Below are positions 18,300-28,102 of a stretch of 64,000 bases of DNA, piece after piece. Position numbers and translations under genes: made by a program. This stretch comes from Spirochaetia bacterium (GTDB taxonomy: Bacteria; Spirochaetota; Spirochaetia; DSM-2461). Within the stretch, counting starts at the first letter, position 1. Each line of letters starts with the position of its first letter. The notes beneath the pieces are model-generated. The model was given only the letters and a program-made list of their open reading frames with translations, searched no databases and was not told where the DNA came from. The stretch lies in the NCBI GenBank assembly GCA_963666985.2, contig CAXXIA010000002.1, positions 1,472,001 through 1,536,000 on the forward strand. The letters run 5' to 3'.

Positions 18300-19026
18300 A
18301 CTGGAACTCCTTTCGAAGTCTTACGGCGATACGGCTGTGCTGGATAACGTATCCCTGCTTCTGGAAGATTTGCATTCAATGGTTTTCGTCGGGCCCTCCG
18401 GCGGCGGCAAAACCACACTGCTGAGGCTCATTGCCGGATTGGAGACCCCCACCAATGGCCGAATCCTGGTAAACGACCATCCGGTGGAGTTCGAAAGCGA
18501 GGTTACTCTACGGGAATACCGCAAACGCATCGGCATGGTCTTTCAGGCTTACAATCTTTTCCCCCATTTGACGGCCCTGAAGAACATCACCCTGCCTTTG
18601 GTACTGGTTCACGGCTACAGGGAATCCGAGGCAAACGATGAAGCCATGACCCTTCTGGAACGTTTTCATCTGGCCGACCATGCCCGAAAGAAACCCGCCC
18701 AGCTTTCCGGCGGACAGAAACAGCGCATTGCCATCAGCCGAGCCGTGGCCATCAAGCCGGAGTTTCTGCTTCTTGACGAGCCGACCAGTGCTCTGGATCC
18801 CGAATATACATCCGAAGTTCTGGATCTGATCGGAGAGCTTCATGAGGAAGGAATGCGGCTGATACTGGTTACTCATGAAATGGGCTTCGCCCGTCAGGCG
18901 GCGGAAAGAATGCTCTTCATCGGCGACGGCGGCATCGTGGCCGAAGGATCTCCGGAAGAACTCTTCGACGGCCATGCCGATCCTCGGGTGAAGCGTTTTT
19001 TCGACAAGGTACTGAAATACAGCTGA
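18289..19026 (+). CDS. polar amino-acid ABC transporter ATP-binding protein
   Basis: GPSGGGKT, LSGGQKQR, DEPTSALDPE, VTHEMGFA. Confidence 0.92.
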   Translation: MKLELELLSKSYGDTAVLDNVSLLLEDLHSMVFVGPSGGGKTTLLRLIAGLETPTNGRILVNDHPVEFESEVTLREYRKRIGMVFQAYNLFPHLTALKNITLPLVLVHGYRESEANDEAMTLLERFHLADHARKKPAQLSGGQKQRIAISRAVAIKPEFLLLDEPTSALDPEYTSEVLDLIGELHEEGMRLILVTHEMGFARQAAERMLFIGDGGIVAEGSPEELFDGHADPRVKRFFDKVLKYS

Positions 19027-19186
19027 GGCGCTTCGTTTCCCGCACATCCCCCCTGCCGATAATTCGAACATCAGGCTTTATAAGCCGCCAACTGGAAATG
19101 AACCATCAAAGTCCGTATGGAGAACAAATCCAATAACCTATATGTTGTGCAAACCACCCTGAAAATCACAAAGGAACTTAAATATA

Positions 19187-19906
19187 ATGACAGGTCCGTT
19201 TATCGACAGTATAGGCATTATCTCCGGAAGCTGCCTGGGAGCATTGTTCGGAAGAAAAATCCCAAAAACCATTCAGGAAAAACTTCCGCTTGTATTTGGA
19301 TGTATTTCCATGGGGATTGGAGTGTCCATGATTGTTAAAATACACAATCTTACTCCGGTTGTTTTGGCCTTGCTTATCGGAACCATTCTCGGAATGCTTT
19401 GCCGTCTGGAAGAGGGTGTTAACAATTTTGGTTCACTTTCCCGCAGAATAGTGGAACGTCTTTTCAAGCCGCCGGGAAATGGTATAACCGATGAAATTTT
19501 CGCTGAAAAATTTGCGGCCATGGTTGTTCTCTTCGGGTTCAGCGGTGTCAGTTTCATGGGAGCCGTTACCGAAGGACTAACAGGAGACTTTACACTTCTA
19601 ACGGTAAAAGCTCTCTTGGACTTCTTTACCGCGGCAATTTTCGCCATATCCCTGGGATTTGCTTTGGCCTCAACCTTTGTTATTCAATTAACGGTTCAAA
19701 CCATCCTTCTGTTTGCCGCAATGCAGATAGCTCCATATATGAATGAAATTGTTATGGGAGACTTTTCCGCTGTAGGAGGGATTATTATGTTGGCAACCGG
19801 ATTTAATATCTGCGGACTTCTGCAGTTTCCTCTTACAAGTATGCTGCCCTCATTGATTCTTATCATCCCCTTATCAACGTTCTGGATGAATCATTTTGCC
19901 GCCTAA
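19187..19906 (+). CDS. DUF554 (YdfK-like) membrane protein
   Basis: GLTGDFTLLTVKALLDFFTAAIFA, SAVGGIIMLATG; visibly lower GC than its neighbours. Confidence 0.85.
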   Translation: MTGPFIDSIGIISGSCLGALFGRKIPKTIQEKLPLVFGCISMGIGVSMIVKIHNLTPVVLALLIGTILGMLCRLEEGVNNFGSLSRRIVERLFKPPGNGITDEIFAEKFAAMVVLFGFSGVSFMGAVTEGLTGDFTLLTVKALLDFFTAAIFAISLGFALASTFVIQLTVQTILLFAAMQIAPYMNEIVMGDFSAVGGIIMLATGFNICGLLQFPLTSMLPSLILIIPLSTFWMNHFAA

Positions 19907-19968
19907 CGGAGTGCGGCAAAAACACATCTGGAATCTTTAACCGTACATATTTCTCAATTGTATTAGGG

Positions 19969-19987
19969 AAAAAAGAGCCTAGGCTCT
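19969..19987 (-). terminator. possible terminator of the SDR gene
   Basis: Palindrome AGAGCCTAGGCTCT followed by a T-run on the minus strand. Confidence 0.4.
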
Positions 19988-20022
19988 GAGGCTGCGCCTG
20001 AGGAACTCCGGAGATAACCGGC

Positions 20023-20940
20023 CTATTCCAAACCGCCCTTCTCCTCAATGCCTTCAAGCACCGATTTCACCGCTTCCCGAAACGGGGTTGTCTTTATCAG
20101 TCCGAGGGCTTCCATGTGGGGACAGGCCAGCCGAACATCCTTCGGCCTGGGAGCCCCGGAAGGAGGCCTCTCATCCGCCGCGGCGCGACCGGGATTAATC
20201 CCGACACATTCGGCCAAAACGGCTCCCATATCCCTTTTCGTGTAAGACTCTTCGGGACAGAAATGCAGCCGCGGACCGGGCAGATTCCCGTCCATTAATC
20301 CGGGTAAAAGACCGACAATCGCCGCGGCCACATCGGGCGTATACGCCGGATACCGCGTTTGCCGTGCATCAAGAGGAACCGGACCGTCGGTGTCAAGAAA
20401 ATCCCGGAGAATCACGGTTACCGAAGATTCGGACAGATTGTCCGAGGGGCCGTAAAGCATCGGTACCCGCAGGATTCGATTTTCAGCCGATGCGCCGATC
20501 ATCGCCTTCTCCCCGGCCAGCTTGCTTTTCCCGTAAGCATTCAGAGGATTCGGGGCATCATCGGGATGATATGGCGGCGCGGTACCGTCGAAGACATAAT
20601 TGGTTGAAAGAAACAAAATTGGGATTTCCCGTTCCGCGCACAGCCTTGCCAGCGATTCGGTCGCGATGATATTGAGACTTTCGGCCGCCTCCGGGTTCTC
20701 GGCATAAACATCCGGACGCCGTTCGGCGGCCAAATGCACCAGCGCCGAAGGCTTTATTTCATCCAGCCAGGCGGCCGTCGCCGACTCATCCAGAAGATCC
20801 ACCTTATCCAAGCCGCCTTTCGCCCGGGAAAAAGCGGCCCCGCGAACCTGAAAACGGGAATCGAAATCAAGAAGAGACATTAAAGGGCGTCCCAGAAGAC
20901 CGGAGGCGCCTGTTACCGCAATTAAAGGTTTTTCGCTCAT
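20023..20940 (-). CDS. extended SDR, RmlD / MAT-II-beta-like NAD(P)-binding protein
   Basis: VTGASGLLG, AAERRPD, STNYVFDG, YGKSK; start at MSEKP (20940). Confidence 0.85.
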   Translation of the reverse strand: MSEKPLIAVTGASGLLGRPLMSLLDFDSRFQVRGAAFSRAKGGLDKVDLLDESATAAWLDEIKPSALVHLAAERRPDVYAENPEAAESLNIIATESLARLCAEREIPILFLSTNYVFDGTAPPYHPDDAPNPLNAYGKSKLAGEKAMIGASAENRILRVPMLYGPSDNLSESSVTVILRDFLDTDGPVPLDARQTRYPAYTPDVAAAIVGLLPGLMDGNLPGPRLHFCPEESYTKRDMGAVLAECVGINPGRAAADERPPSGAPRPKDVRLACPHMEALGLIKTTPFREAVKSVLEGIEEKGGLE

Positions 20941-20962
20941 TACTTCATTATACAGCTTTTCT

Positions 20963-23293
20963 TTATGCCGCTTTCTTTGCATAGAGAAACTTCTGAAAAG
21001 AGACGAAGATATCTTTTATTGTGCTTATTTCTCCCAAAACTTCAGATGCATCGGATATGGAAAGGTACTTTAAAGCCAGCAATTCCGGCAGCTTCTCCTG
21101 GTCCAGTTCATCCACACCCACTTCTATATATTTGGATAAGACAAAATCAAGAAACTCTTTCTGCTTGTCGTCGATGCCGCTATATATTTGAGACCGGGCC
21201 AATTCAACCCGTTCATCTCTTGTAATCGGTTTAACGGCAAACGACACATACTCCAGAACGTCAAAAAGGTCGCTTTTTTCAGCATTAATCAGCTGCTTCA
21301 GGGTAAAAAGATCTTCTTTGGTAAAGCCAGCTTCATCAAGGCGTTCAAGCAGCGTTCTTCTGGTTGATGGAACCGACCAAATCTTACGGAGTTCTTCTTC
21401 ACTTTTAAAAAAACCCGGCAATTTTCCAAAGAGTGTATTTAAATATTCTTCCGCCGAAATCGGTTTGCCGTCGGGGCTCCAGAAGGAGGTGGAAACCATG
21501 TGCTGTATTTCCCGTTCTTTCCCATCGCGAAGCTTGATTTTAATCTTCTTCCGCTTCTCTTTATCTGTTCCCTCGTCACTATCAAACGGGTCCGGTTCTT
21601 TAACCATGAGCGGTTCTGCGGATTCCGGCTGTTCATACGGCTCGGGTTCCAATGGCTCACCGTCCCATTCGGGATCGAGAAAGTGATGATAGGCGCCGAC
21701 AAAATCGTAAAGGGTAAAATAGTCTTTGCCTTCAAATAATCGTGTTCCCCTTCCAATAATCTGCTTGAATTCAATCATTGAATTAACAGGACGAAGCAAA
21801 ACGATGTTTCTGATATTCCTTGCATCAACACCGGTTGAAAGCTTTTGGGAAGTTGTCAGAATCGTCGGGATAGTCTTATCGTTATCCTGAAAGTCTCGTA
21901 AATATTGTTCACCGAGTACTCCGTCGTTGGCCGTAACCCTGTGGCAGTAATTCGGATCTGTTGACCGCTTGTTTTGATTTATAAGATCCCGAACTGCCAA
22001 GGCGTGGTCTTGAGTCGCGCAAAACACAATTGTCTTTTCTTTTTGATTTATCTCATCAAGAACAACCTTAACCCGCTTCTCTTCACGCTCTCGAATCTCA
22101 ATAATTTTGTTGAAATCGCCCTCTGTATATTCCTTTCCCTCTTCAACTTCCCCTTCGATTACCGTGTCGTCGGAAACATAAATATAAGAATCAATTGTTG
22201 TTTGAATGCGTTTAACCTTGAACGGTGTTAAGAATCCGTCGTTGATGCCTTCTTTCAGCGAATAGATATAAACCGGTTCTCCGAAATATCTGTAGGTATC
22301 GACATTATCATTCCTCTTTGGCGTGGCCGTTAAACCAAGCTGAACAGCCGGAGAAAAATATTCCATAATTCCCCGCCAGTTGGATTCATCATTGGCCCCG
22401 CCTCTATGGCACTCATCAATGATAATGAAATCAAAAAAATCCGGAGGATAATCACCAAAATACGGAGAAGGCCGGCCTTCTTTATCCGTTCCGCTCATAA
22501 AGGTTTGAAAAATCGTAAAAAAGATACTGCCGTTTGTGGGAACCCGGCCTTTTTTCTTTATGGAATTCGGATCAATACGAATGAGCGCATCTTCGGGAAA
22601 AACGTTGAACGCGTTAAAAGCCTGATCCGCAAGAAAATTCCGGTCCGCCAGAAACAATATCCGGGGACAGCGGGAACCGTCCCTTTTCAGGTTCCATCGC
22701 GTTTGAAACAATTTCCAGGCAATTTGAAAGGCGATATATGTTTTTCCGGTTCCGGTGGCCAGCGTCAGCAGAATCCTTGATTTATTTTCGGAAACGGCAT
22801 CCAAGGCCCTGTTTACCGCTATTTCCTGATAAAACCTCGGCGGCTTAGTTCCGCTGATATCCTCGAAAGGAATCTCGTTAAACGCATCACGCCATTGATT
22901 TCCCTCTTCGTGAACCATGGCCCACAATTCATCCGGCGATGGGAACGTCCGTACAAGACCTTCCCGGCCGTTCTTCATGCAAATTTGATAAATCTCACGT
23001 CCATTGGCGACATAGGTATAATCTATCTTCAGTTTGTCGGCATAAGCTTTTGCCTGGGCGACACCCTCGCCAACGGGCAGTTCATCACTCTTTGCTTCAA
23101 TAACGGCCAGTTTGACATTTTTATAGGAGAGAATGTAATCGGCTTTCAACGGCTTACTTCGTCTTCCGCCGGTTTGAATTTTCCCGTTCGTTATTTGATA
23201 TTCGCGGAACACCTTCGTTTCAGCGGTTTGCCCCCATCCGCATTGCAGCAATACAGGATCAATCAGCTCAGCTCTGGTTTCCGCTTCGTTCAT
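20963..23293 (-). CDS. hsdR: type I restriction endonuclease subunit R (EcoAI/EcoEI-like)
   Basis: MNEAETRA, ADY..VIEAK nuclease motif, ATGTGKT, DECHR, TATP, QIIGRGTR. Confidence 0.95.
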   Translation of the reverse strand: MNEAETRAELIDPVLLQCGWGQTAETKVFREYQITNGKIQTGGRRSKPLKADYILSYKNVKLAVIEAKSDELPVGEGVAQAKAYADKLKIDYTYVANGREIYQICMKNGREGLVRTFPSPDELWAMVHEEGNQWRDAFNEIPFEDISGTKPPRFYQEIAVNRALDAVSENKSRILLTLATGTGKTYIAFQIAWKLFQTRWNLKRDGSRCPRILFLADRNFLADQAFNAFNVFPEDALIRIDPNSIKKKGRVPTNGSIFFTIFQTFMSGTDKEGRPSPYFGDYPPDFFDFIIIDECHRGGANDESNWRGIMEYFSPAVQLGLTATPKRNDNVDTYRYFGEPVYIYSLKEGINDGFLTPFKVKRIQTTIDSYIYVSDDTVIEGEVEEGKEYTEGDFNKIIEIREREEKRVKVVLDEINQKEKTIVFCATQDHALAVRDLINQNKRSTDPNYCHRVTANDGVLGEQYLRDFQDNDKTIPTILTTSQKLSTGVDARNIRNIVLLRPVNSMIEFKQIIGRGTRLFEGKDYFTLYDFVGAYHHFLDPEWDGEPLEPEPYEQPESAEPLMVKEPDPFDSDEGTDKEKRKKIKIKLRDGKEREIQHMVSTSFWSPDGKPISAEEYLNTLFGKLPGFFKSEEELRKIWSVPSTRRTLLERLDEAGFTKEDLFTLKQLINAEKSDLFDVLEYVSFAVKPITRDERVELARSQIYSGIDDKQKEFLDFVLSKYIEVGVDELDQEKLPELLALKYLSISDASEVLGEISTIKDIFVSFQKFLYAKKAA

Positions 23294-24309
23294 GGGAGGT
23301 CCTTTTTATGCTCCAACAGTCTTTTCCGGATAGCTTCGAGTTCCTTTATATCCTCTTCATCGGCAGCCAAGACTTCATCAGCTTTACGTTTATAATCAAA
23401 TTTATCATACCGCAGTTCAGCCAATTTCTTCGCAACTTCCGCTTTTACTTTGCCGGCATGCGTTAAAAGCTCCTGTTCGTTGAACGTTAAAAACGCATCC
23501 AGTTTATCCGACCATTGGACCATAGTGATTGTTTTTCTTTGCCGTGCCTGCAACTCCGCGTAATCGAGATACATGGTGACAATTTGATTAAGGTTTTTTA
23601 TTTCATCAGCATTCAGGTAGTTCTTTGCAACGGCAACATCTCGCTTGCGGACGATTAACCCCTGCCATGAGGTTAGGCCCATATTCGGCAATTCCGGATT
23701 ACTGCGTGATTCAATCAGCTCGGCGGCCGTTTTGCCGGTGATGGCCCAAAGCATCTTATTTTGTACTTTTTTAAAGAAGAGTTGAGCCTCTTCCGAAGTC
23801 TTGTCGTAATCAACAGCAGTTGCATAAATATCCCTGATTTTCTGATAAAACCGCTTTTCCGATGCCCGAATGTCGCGGATACGTTCGAGCCATTCGTCAA
23901 AATAATCCCATCTATCAGCTTTTTTAAGACGTTGATCGTCCATGGCAAAGCCTTTGATGATGTATTCCTTAAGAATGCTTGTGGCCCAAATTCGAAACTG
24001 GGTTGCCCGTTTGGAATTTACCCGGTAGCCAACGGCGATTATGGCGTCAAGATTGTAAAAATCCTTGTTCCGTGTTACCTGTCGTCCACCTTCATTTTGA
24101 ACTGTTTCCATTTTGGAAACAGTTGCCTCTCTATGAAGTTCTCCTTCTTCATAGATATTGGACAAATGCTTTGATATTGCAGGAACATTTACGCCAAAAA
24201 GCTCCGCCATGGCGCTTTGATTGAGCCAGATTGTTTCATTCCGTAGAATGGTATCGACTTTAACGTCACCTTCTGGAGTTGTGTAGAGGATGATCTGAGA
24301 TTGATTCAT
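23290..24309 (-). CDS. rhuM: RhuM family protein
   Basis: ETIWLNQ, YNLDAIIAVGYRVNS, FRIWAT, IRDIRASEKRFYQK, AKNYL. Confidence 0.9.
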   Translation of the reverse strand: MNQSQIILYTTPEGDVKVDTILRNETIWLNQSAMAELFGVNVPAISKHLSNIYEEGELHREATVSKMETVQNEGGRQVTRNKDFYNLDAIIAVGYRVNSKRATQFRIWATSILKEYIIKGFAMDDQRLKKADRWDYFDEWLERIRDIRASEKRFYQKIRDIYATAVDYDKTSEEAQLFFKKVQNKMLWAITGKTAAELIESRSNPELPNMGLTSWQGLIVRKRDVAVAKNYLNADEIKNLNQIVTMYLDYAELQARQRKTITMVQWSDKLDAFLTFNEQELLTHAGKVKAEVAKKLAELRYDKFDYKRKADEVLAADEEDIKELEAIRKRLLEHKKDLP

Positions 24310-25547
24310 AATTCCCCCTCAAAGGCTTTCTTCAGAATGGATTTTTTGAGTTCTTCGAGGGCTGCGATTTTTTGCTGATAGATTTCTTTTAAATGTAAAC
24401 TTCCTAATTTTATAGTTTGTGTTTTTTTAATAATTTGTTCTTGTGTTTCTAAATTTGGATATGAAATTTGATAATTATTAATTAATGCTTTCGTCAGAGC
24501 TTGGCGGGTTGCACCATTTTTATCACCAGAAAGTAATAATCTTTCTTTGTGAGACTTTGAAATCAACATAAAATGTAAAAACTCAGGCATTACCATATCA
24601 GGCTTTAATCTTATAATCGAAACATGTTGATTGACTCTTGCCGGTAAAACATTGTCAGGGACAATATTGCATCTTGCAATAGAGGCTCCTGTAATATTTA
24701 ACAAAACATCTCTTGATTTAATAATAACATTTGAAAGTTTTTCCGCTTGGGATTCATTAATAAACGCCAAATTTTCATATTTAAATTCATCATCATGAAT
24801 ATTTAGACTACGAATTAAAGATATACCACTATCTTTATATGCTTTTTGACCACCTAATGGTGTAGCACCGCTACCTACTTTAAGAGTTATTTTCTGAATG
24901 GTTTTCTCGTCCCAATCCTCACCAGGATTGGCAAAAATCCCGTTCAGATGGCTTTCAAACAATTCCTTCGCGTTGGCCAGATTCTTTTCGGCATTCTCTT
25001 TCGCCTTGTCGATGAAGGCAAAGGCTTCATCGAGAATGGCCACTATACGCTTTTGTTCAGCTATTGGAGGAATGGGAATTTCTACTGAACTAACTAAAGC
25101 AATATTTAAATTTCGAACTGTAGAACCAGCGGCAAGTAAGTCAAACTGAAAAAAAATTATCGGAGAACAAAGTATGTAATACAAAAAATTTTGATCTATC
25201 TCATATTTTTTCTTATCTCGTAAAACAAGCCAGCCATCATGAATACAGCCTGTTGTCTTCATAATGTAAGGTCGACCAAAGCTCATTGAATTTGAAAGAA
25301 GAAAATCTCCTTCCTTTACAAATCTGGTTTTTTTTAAACCTTCAACAATAATTTTTTCTTTAGTTTCATAGATATATTTATTAGATGCTGAAGCATCACC
25401 AATTTTTATCCAGTTTAAACCATCAGCTGAATCTGTTAGATACTTTTTTATAGGTCGTGGAGAACCGCCTCTTTCAACTGTAAATACATCACTTATCTTT
25501 TTAACTTCCCACCCATCCGGCAATCGGTGCCCAACCACGTTCTTCAT
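24306..25547 (-). CDS. hsdS: type I R-M specificity subunit
   Basis: Two TRDs separated by PIPPIAEQKRIVAILD; C-terminal LKKSILKKAFEGEL. Confidence 0.95.
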   Translation of the reverse strand: MKNVVGHRLPDGWEVKKISDVFTVERGGSPRPIKKYLTDSADGLNWIKIGDASASNKYIYETKEKIIVEGLKKTRFVKEGDFLLSNSMSFGRPYIMKTTGCIHDGWLVLRDKKKYEIDQNFLYYILCSPIIFFQFDLLAAGSTVRNLNIALVSSVEIPIPPIAEQKRIVAILDEAFAFIDKAKENAEKNLANAKELFESHLNGIFANPGEDWDEKTIQKITLKVGSGATPLGGQKAYKDSGISLIRSLNIHDDEFKYENLAFINESQAEKLSNVIIKSRDVLLNITGASIARCNIVPDNVLPARVNQHVSIIRLKPDMVMPEFLHFMLISKSHKERLLLSGDKNGATRQALTKALINNYQISYPNLETQEQIIKKTQTIKLGSLHLKEIYQQKIAALEELKKSILKKAFEGEL

Positions 25548-26998
25548 ACCAGCTCCCGCACCTTCTTCAATATCTCCGCGCTTTCCCTATCCAATGCGGC
25601 TATTTCGGCCAGTATTTCTTTTGGTTCCCGAAGTACGATTTCATCCTTCTTATTGGGATTCTTTACGGAAAGATCAAAAGTATCCTGATTGATATCCTTT
25701 ACATCAATGCTCCAGGAATTATCGGAATCCGCCTTGGTTTTTTGCAGGTTCACAAAGTCGGCAAGGTCATTTTCATTTAAGGGGTTGGTTTTCCCCAGAT
25801 TGCGCTCCAGATTCAGTTGGTAATACCATATCTTCCTGGTGGGGGCTCCTTTCTCAAAGAACAGAACAACGGTTTTCACCCCCGCGCCCTGAAACACGCC
25901 ACCCGGCAAATCAAGAACCGTGTGCAGGCTACAGCCCTCCAGCAGAGTTCTCCTTAAGGAAACCGAAGCGTTATCGGTATTGGAAAGAAAGGTGTTTTTG
26001 ATAACCACACCGGCCTGTCCGCCGGCTTTCAGAATCTTGATAAAATGCTGTAGAAACAGAAAGGCTGTTTCACCGGTTTTTATCGGAAAGTTCTGCTGAA
26101 CTTCCTTGCGTTCCTTGCCTCCGAACGGAGGATTGGCCAGGATAACGTCATAGCGGTCTTTCTCCTGAATATCGCTGATATTTTCCGAAAGCGTATTGGT
26201 ATGAATGATGTTCGGTGCTTCAATACCATGGAGAATCATGTTCATAATGCCGATGATGTAGGCCAGCGATTTCTTTTCCTTTCCATAGAAGGTGTTTTTC
26301 TGCAAAACCTTCATGTCTTTGGTGGAAAGATTCTTGCCCTTCTTCAGATACTCGAAAGCTTCACATAAGAATCCCGCGGAACCGCAGGCCCCGTCATAGA
26401 TCCTTTTTCCTATTTGAGGAGCCGCAACCTTTACAATTGTCCGAATAAGCGGACGCGGAGTGTAATATTCGCCGCCGTTCCGTCCGGCATTGCCCATGTT
26501 CTGGATTTTGCCTTCATACAGATGACTCATTTCATGTTTTTCTTTATGACTTCTGAAACGCAGTTCATCCACAAAATTGATAACTTCCCGCAGGTTGTAA
26601 CCACTTTGAATTTTGTTTTTCAGCTCATTGAAGATTTCACCAATCTTGTATTCGATGGTGTCGGGGCTGTCCGCCTGAGTCTTGAACTTCTTTAAATATG
26701 GAAATAGCTTCCCATCGACAAAATCACGAAGATCATCGCCGGTAAGGGCTTTGTGGTAATCAAGCTTGCCGGATTCTGTTTTGGGTGCCGCCCATTTTTC
26801 CCAGCGGAATTCCTCTTTGATTATCGGGGAATAGATTTTTCCGGTCAGTTCGGCAGCCGCTTCCCGGTCTTTTTCAAGATCATCCAAATACTTTAAAAAT
26901 AAAACCCATGATGTTTGTTCTACATAATCCAGTTCGCTGGAACAACCCGCGTCTTTATGTAAAATGTCGTCGATATTTTTGAATGTCTGCTCAAACAT
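25544..26998 (-). CDS. hsdM: type I R-M N6-adenine methyltransferase subunit
   Basis: GEYYTPR, DGACGSAGFL, LANPPFGG. Confidence 0.95.
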   Translation of the reverse strand: MFEQTFKNIDDILHKDAGCSSELDYVEQTSWVLFLKYLDDLEKDREAAAELTGKIYSPIIKEEFRWEKWAAPKTESGKLDYHKALTGDDLRDFVDGKLFPYLKKFKTQADSPDTIEYKIGEIFNELKNKIQSGYNLREVINFVDELRFRSHKEKHEMSHLYEGKIQNMGNAGRNGGEYYTPRPLIRTIVKVAAPQIGKRIYDGACGSAGFLCEAFEYLKKGKNLSTKDMKVLQKNTFYGKEKKSLAYIIGIMNMILHGIEAPNIIHTNTLSENISDIQEKDRYDVILANPPFGGKERKEVQQNFPIKTGETAFLFLQHFIKILKAGGQAGVVIKNTFLSNTDNASVSLRRTLLEGCSLHTVLDLPGGVFQGAGVKTVVLFFEKGAPTRKIWYYQLNLERNLGKTNPLNENDLADFVNLQKTKADSDNSWSIDVKDINQDTFDLSVKNPNKKDEIVLREPKEILAEIAALDRESAEILKKVRELV

Positions 26999-27208
26999 GC
27001 TTGCTCATCCTCTGTTTTTGCGGCGCGGGTGATTTCTTGGCGCGATTTCTTCATACCGCTTGTTATTTATATCATTTTTTTCTTTCGGCGTGATTCCGCC
27101 TATAACAGACTCCTTACAAAACACATCGATGCTCCGCCATTCAACATCACGGCCATGCGGGGGTACAATCCCATTCGAGATCAACAAAAGCAATCAGGAA
27201 TATTTCCA

Positions 27209-28069
27209 ATGAAAAGCGCGTTCAAGAATGAACAGGGAATGCGGATTATCCGCAAAGCCGTTCGTTCACTCTATGCTCAGAATCCTGCAAAAATGGAATC
27301 CCGATATCTGGACACCGGAGAATTCGGAGAAACGCATGTCCTTTCCGCCGGACCGGCAGAGGCTCCCCCGCTGGTGCTGCTTCACGGCACATCGAGCAAC
27401 TCGCTTACCTGGCTCGGCTACGTTCCACTCTGGTCAAAGCGGTTTCGCGTCCATGCCCTGGACATTCCGGGGCAGCCGGGTCTCAGTTCCCGCCTCCGGC
27501 CCAATCTCGCCGACGGATCCTATAACCGATGGCTGGAAAAAACCCTGGAAGCCCTGGAATGCGGCTCAGTGAATCTCGCCGGCCGCTCCATGGGCGGACT
27601 CATCGCTTTGGATTTCGCCACGACACGGCCAAAGATGGTTCGAAGTCTCATTCTGTTCTCTCCGGGAGGATTGGCACCGCCGCGCTTCAGTTTCTTTTTT
27701 CGAATTCTTCCCTTGGTGTTTTTCGGCAAAGCCGGAGCCGGAAGAATCAACCGCATCGTCTCAGGCGGTGCCAAGGTAAATCCTCAATATGAAGCCTTTT
27801 CCCTATTGGTCTCCCGTCACTTCATCCCGGTTACCGAACGCATACCGGTCTTCTCCGAGGAACGAATTCACGGCCTCCGTATTCCGGTGTTCTACATCGC
27901 CGGTGAAAAAGACGTGATGCTCCGCACTCGGGAAAGCGCCGAGAGACTGAAGGCTCTTGTTCCTGAAGCCGAAATCCATGTTCTCAAAAACGTCGGTCAC
28001 GTTGTAACCGAACACGGAGAAACCGTTATGGATTTTCTGATTCGGGATTCAAAGGTTCAAAAGGACTGA
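27209..28069 (+). CDS. alpha/beta hydrolase
   Basis: LLHG, DIPGQPG, GRSMGG nucleophile, GEKD, VGH; start placed at MKSAF. Confidence 0.85.
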   Translation: MKSAFKNEQGMRIIRKAVRSLYAQNPAKMESRYLDTGEFGETHVLSAGPAEAPPLVLLHGTSSNSLTWLGYVPLWSKRFRVHALDIPGQPGLSSRLRPNLADGSYNRWLEKTLEALECGSVNLAGRSMGGLIALDFATTRPKMVRSLILFSPGGLAPPRFSFFFRILPLVFFGKAGAGRINRIVSGGAKVNPQYEAFSLLVSRHFIPVTERIPVFSEERIHGLRIPVFYIAGEKDVMLRTRESAERLKALVPEAEIHVLKNVGHVVTEHGETVMDFLIRDSKVQKD

Positions 28070-28102
28070 ATCGCGGCCGCCGAGAAAAGCTCATCGCTGG
28101 CG

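Noticed and set aside
19055..19062. GCCGATAA octamers at 19055 and 43937 as sigma-28 promoters
   Set aside because: No -35 element at the right spacing; 43937 has no downstream gene on that strand
19135..19150. NrdR-box-like AACCTATATGTTGTGC upstream of DUF554
   Set aside because: Good single match, but NrdR boxes usually occur in tandem before nucleotide-metabolism genes, and this region is AT-rich
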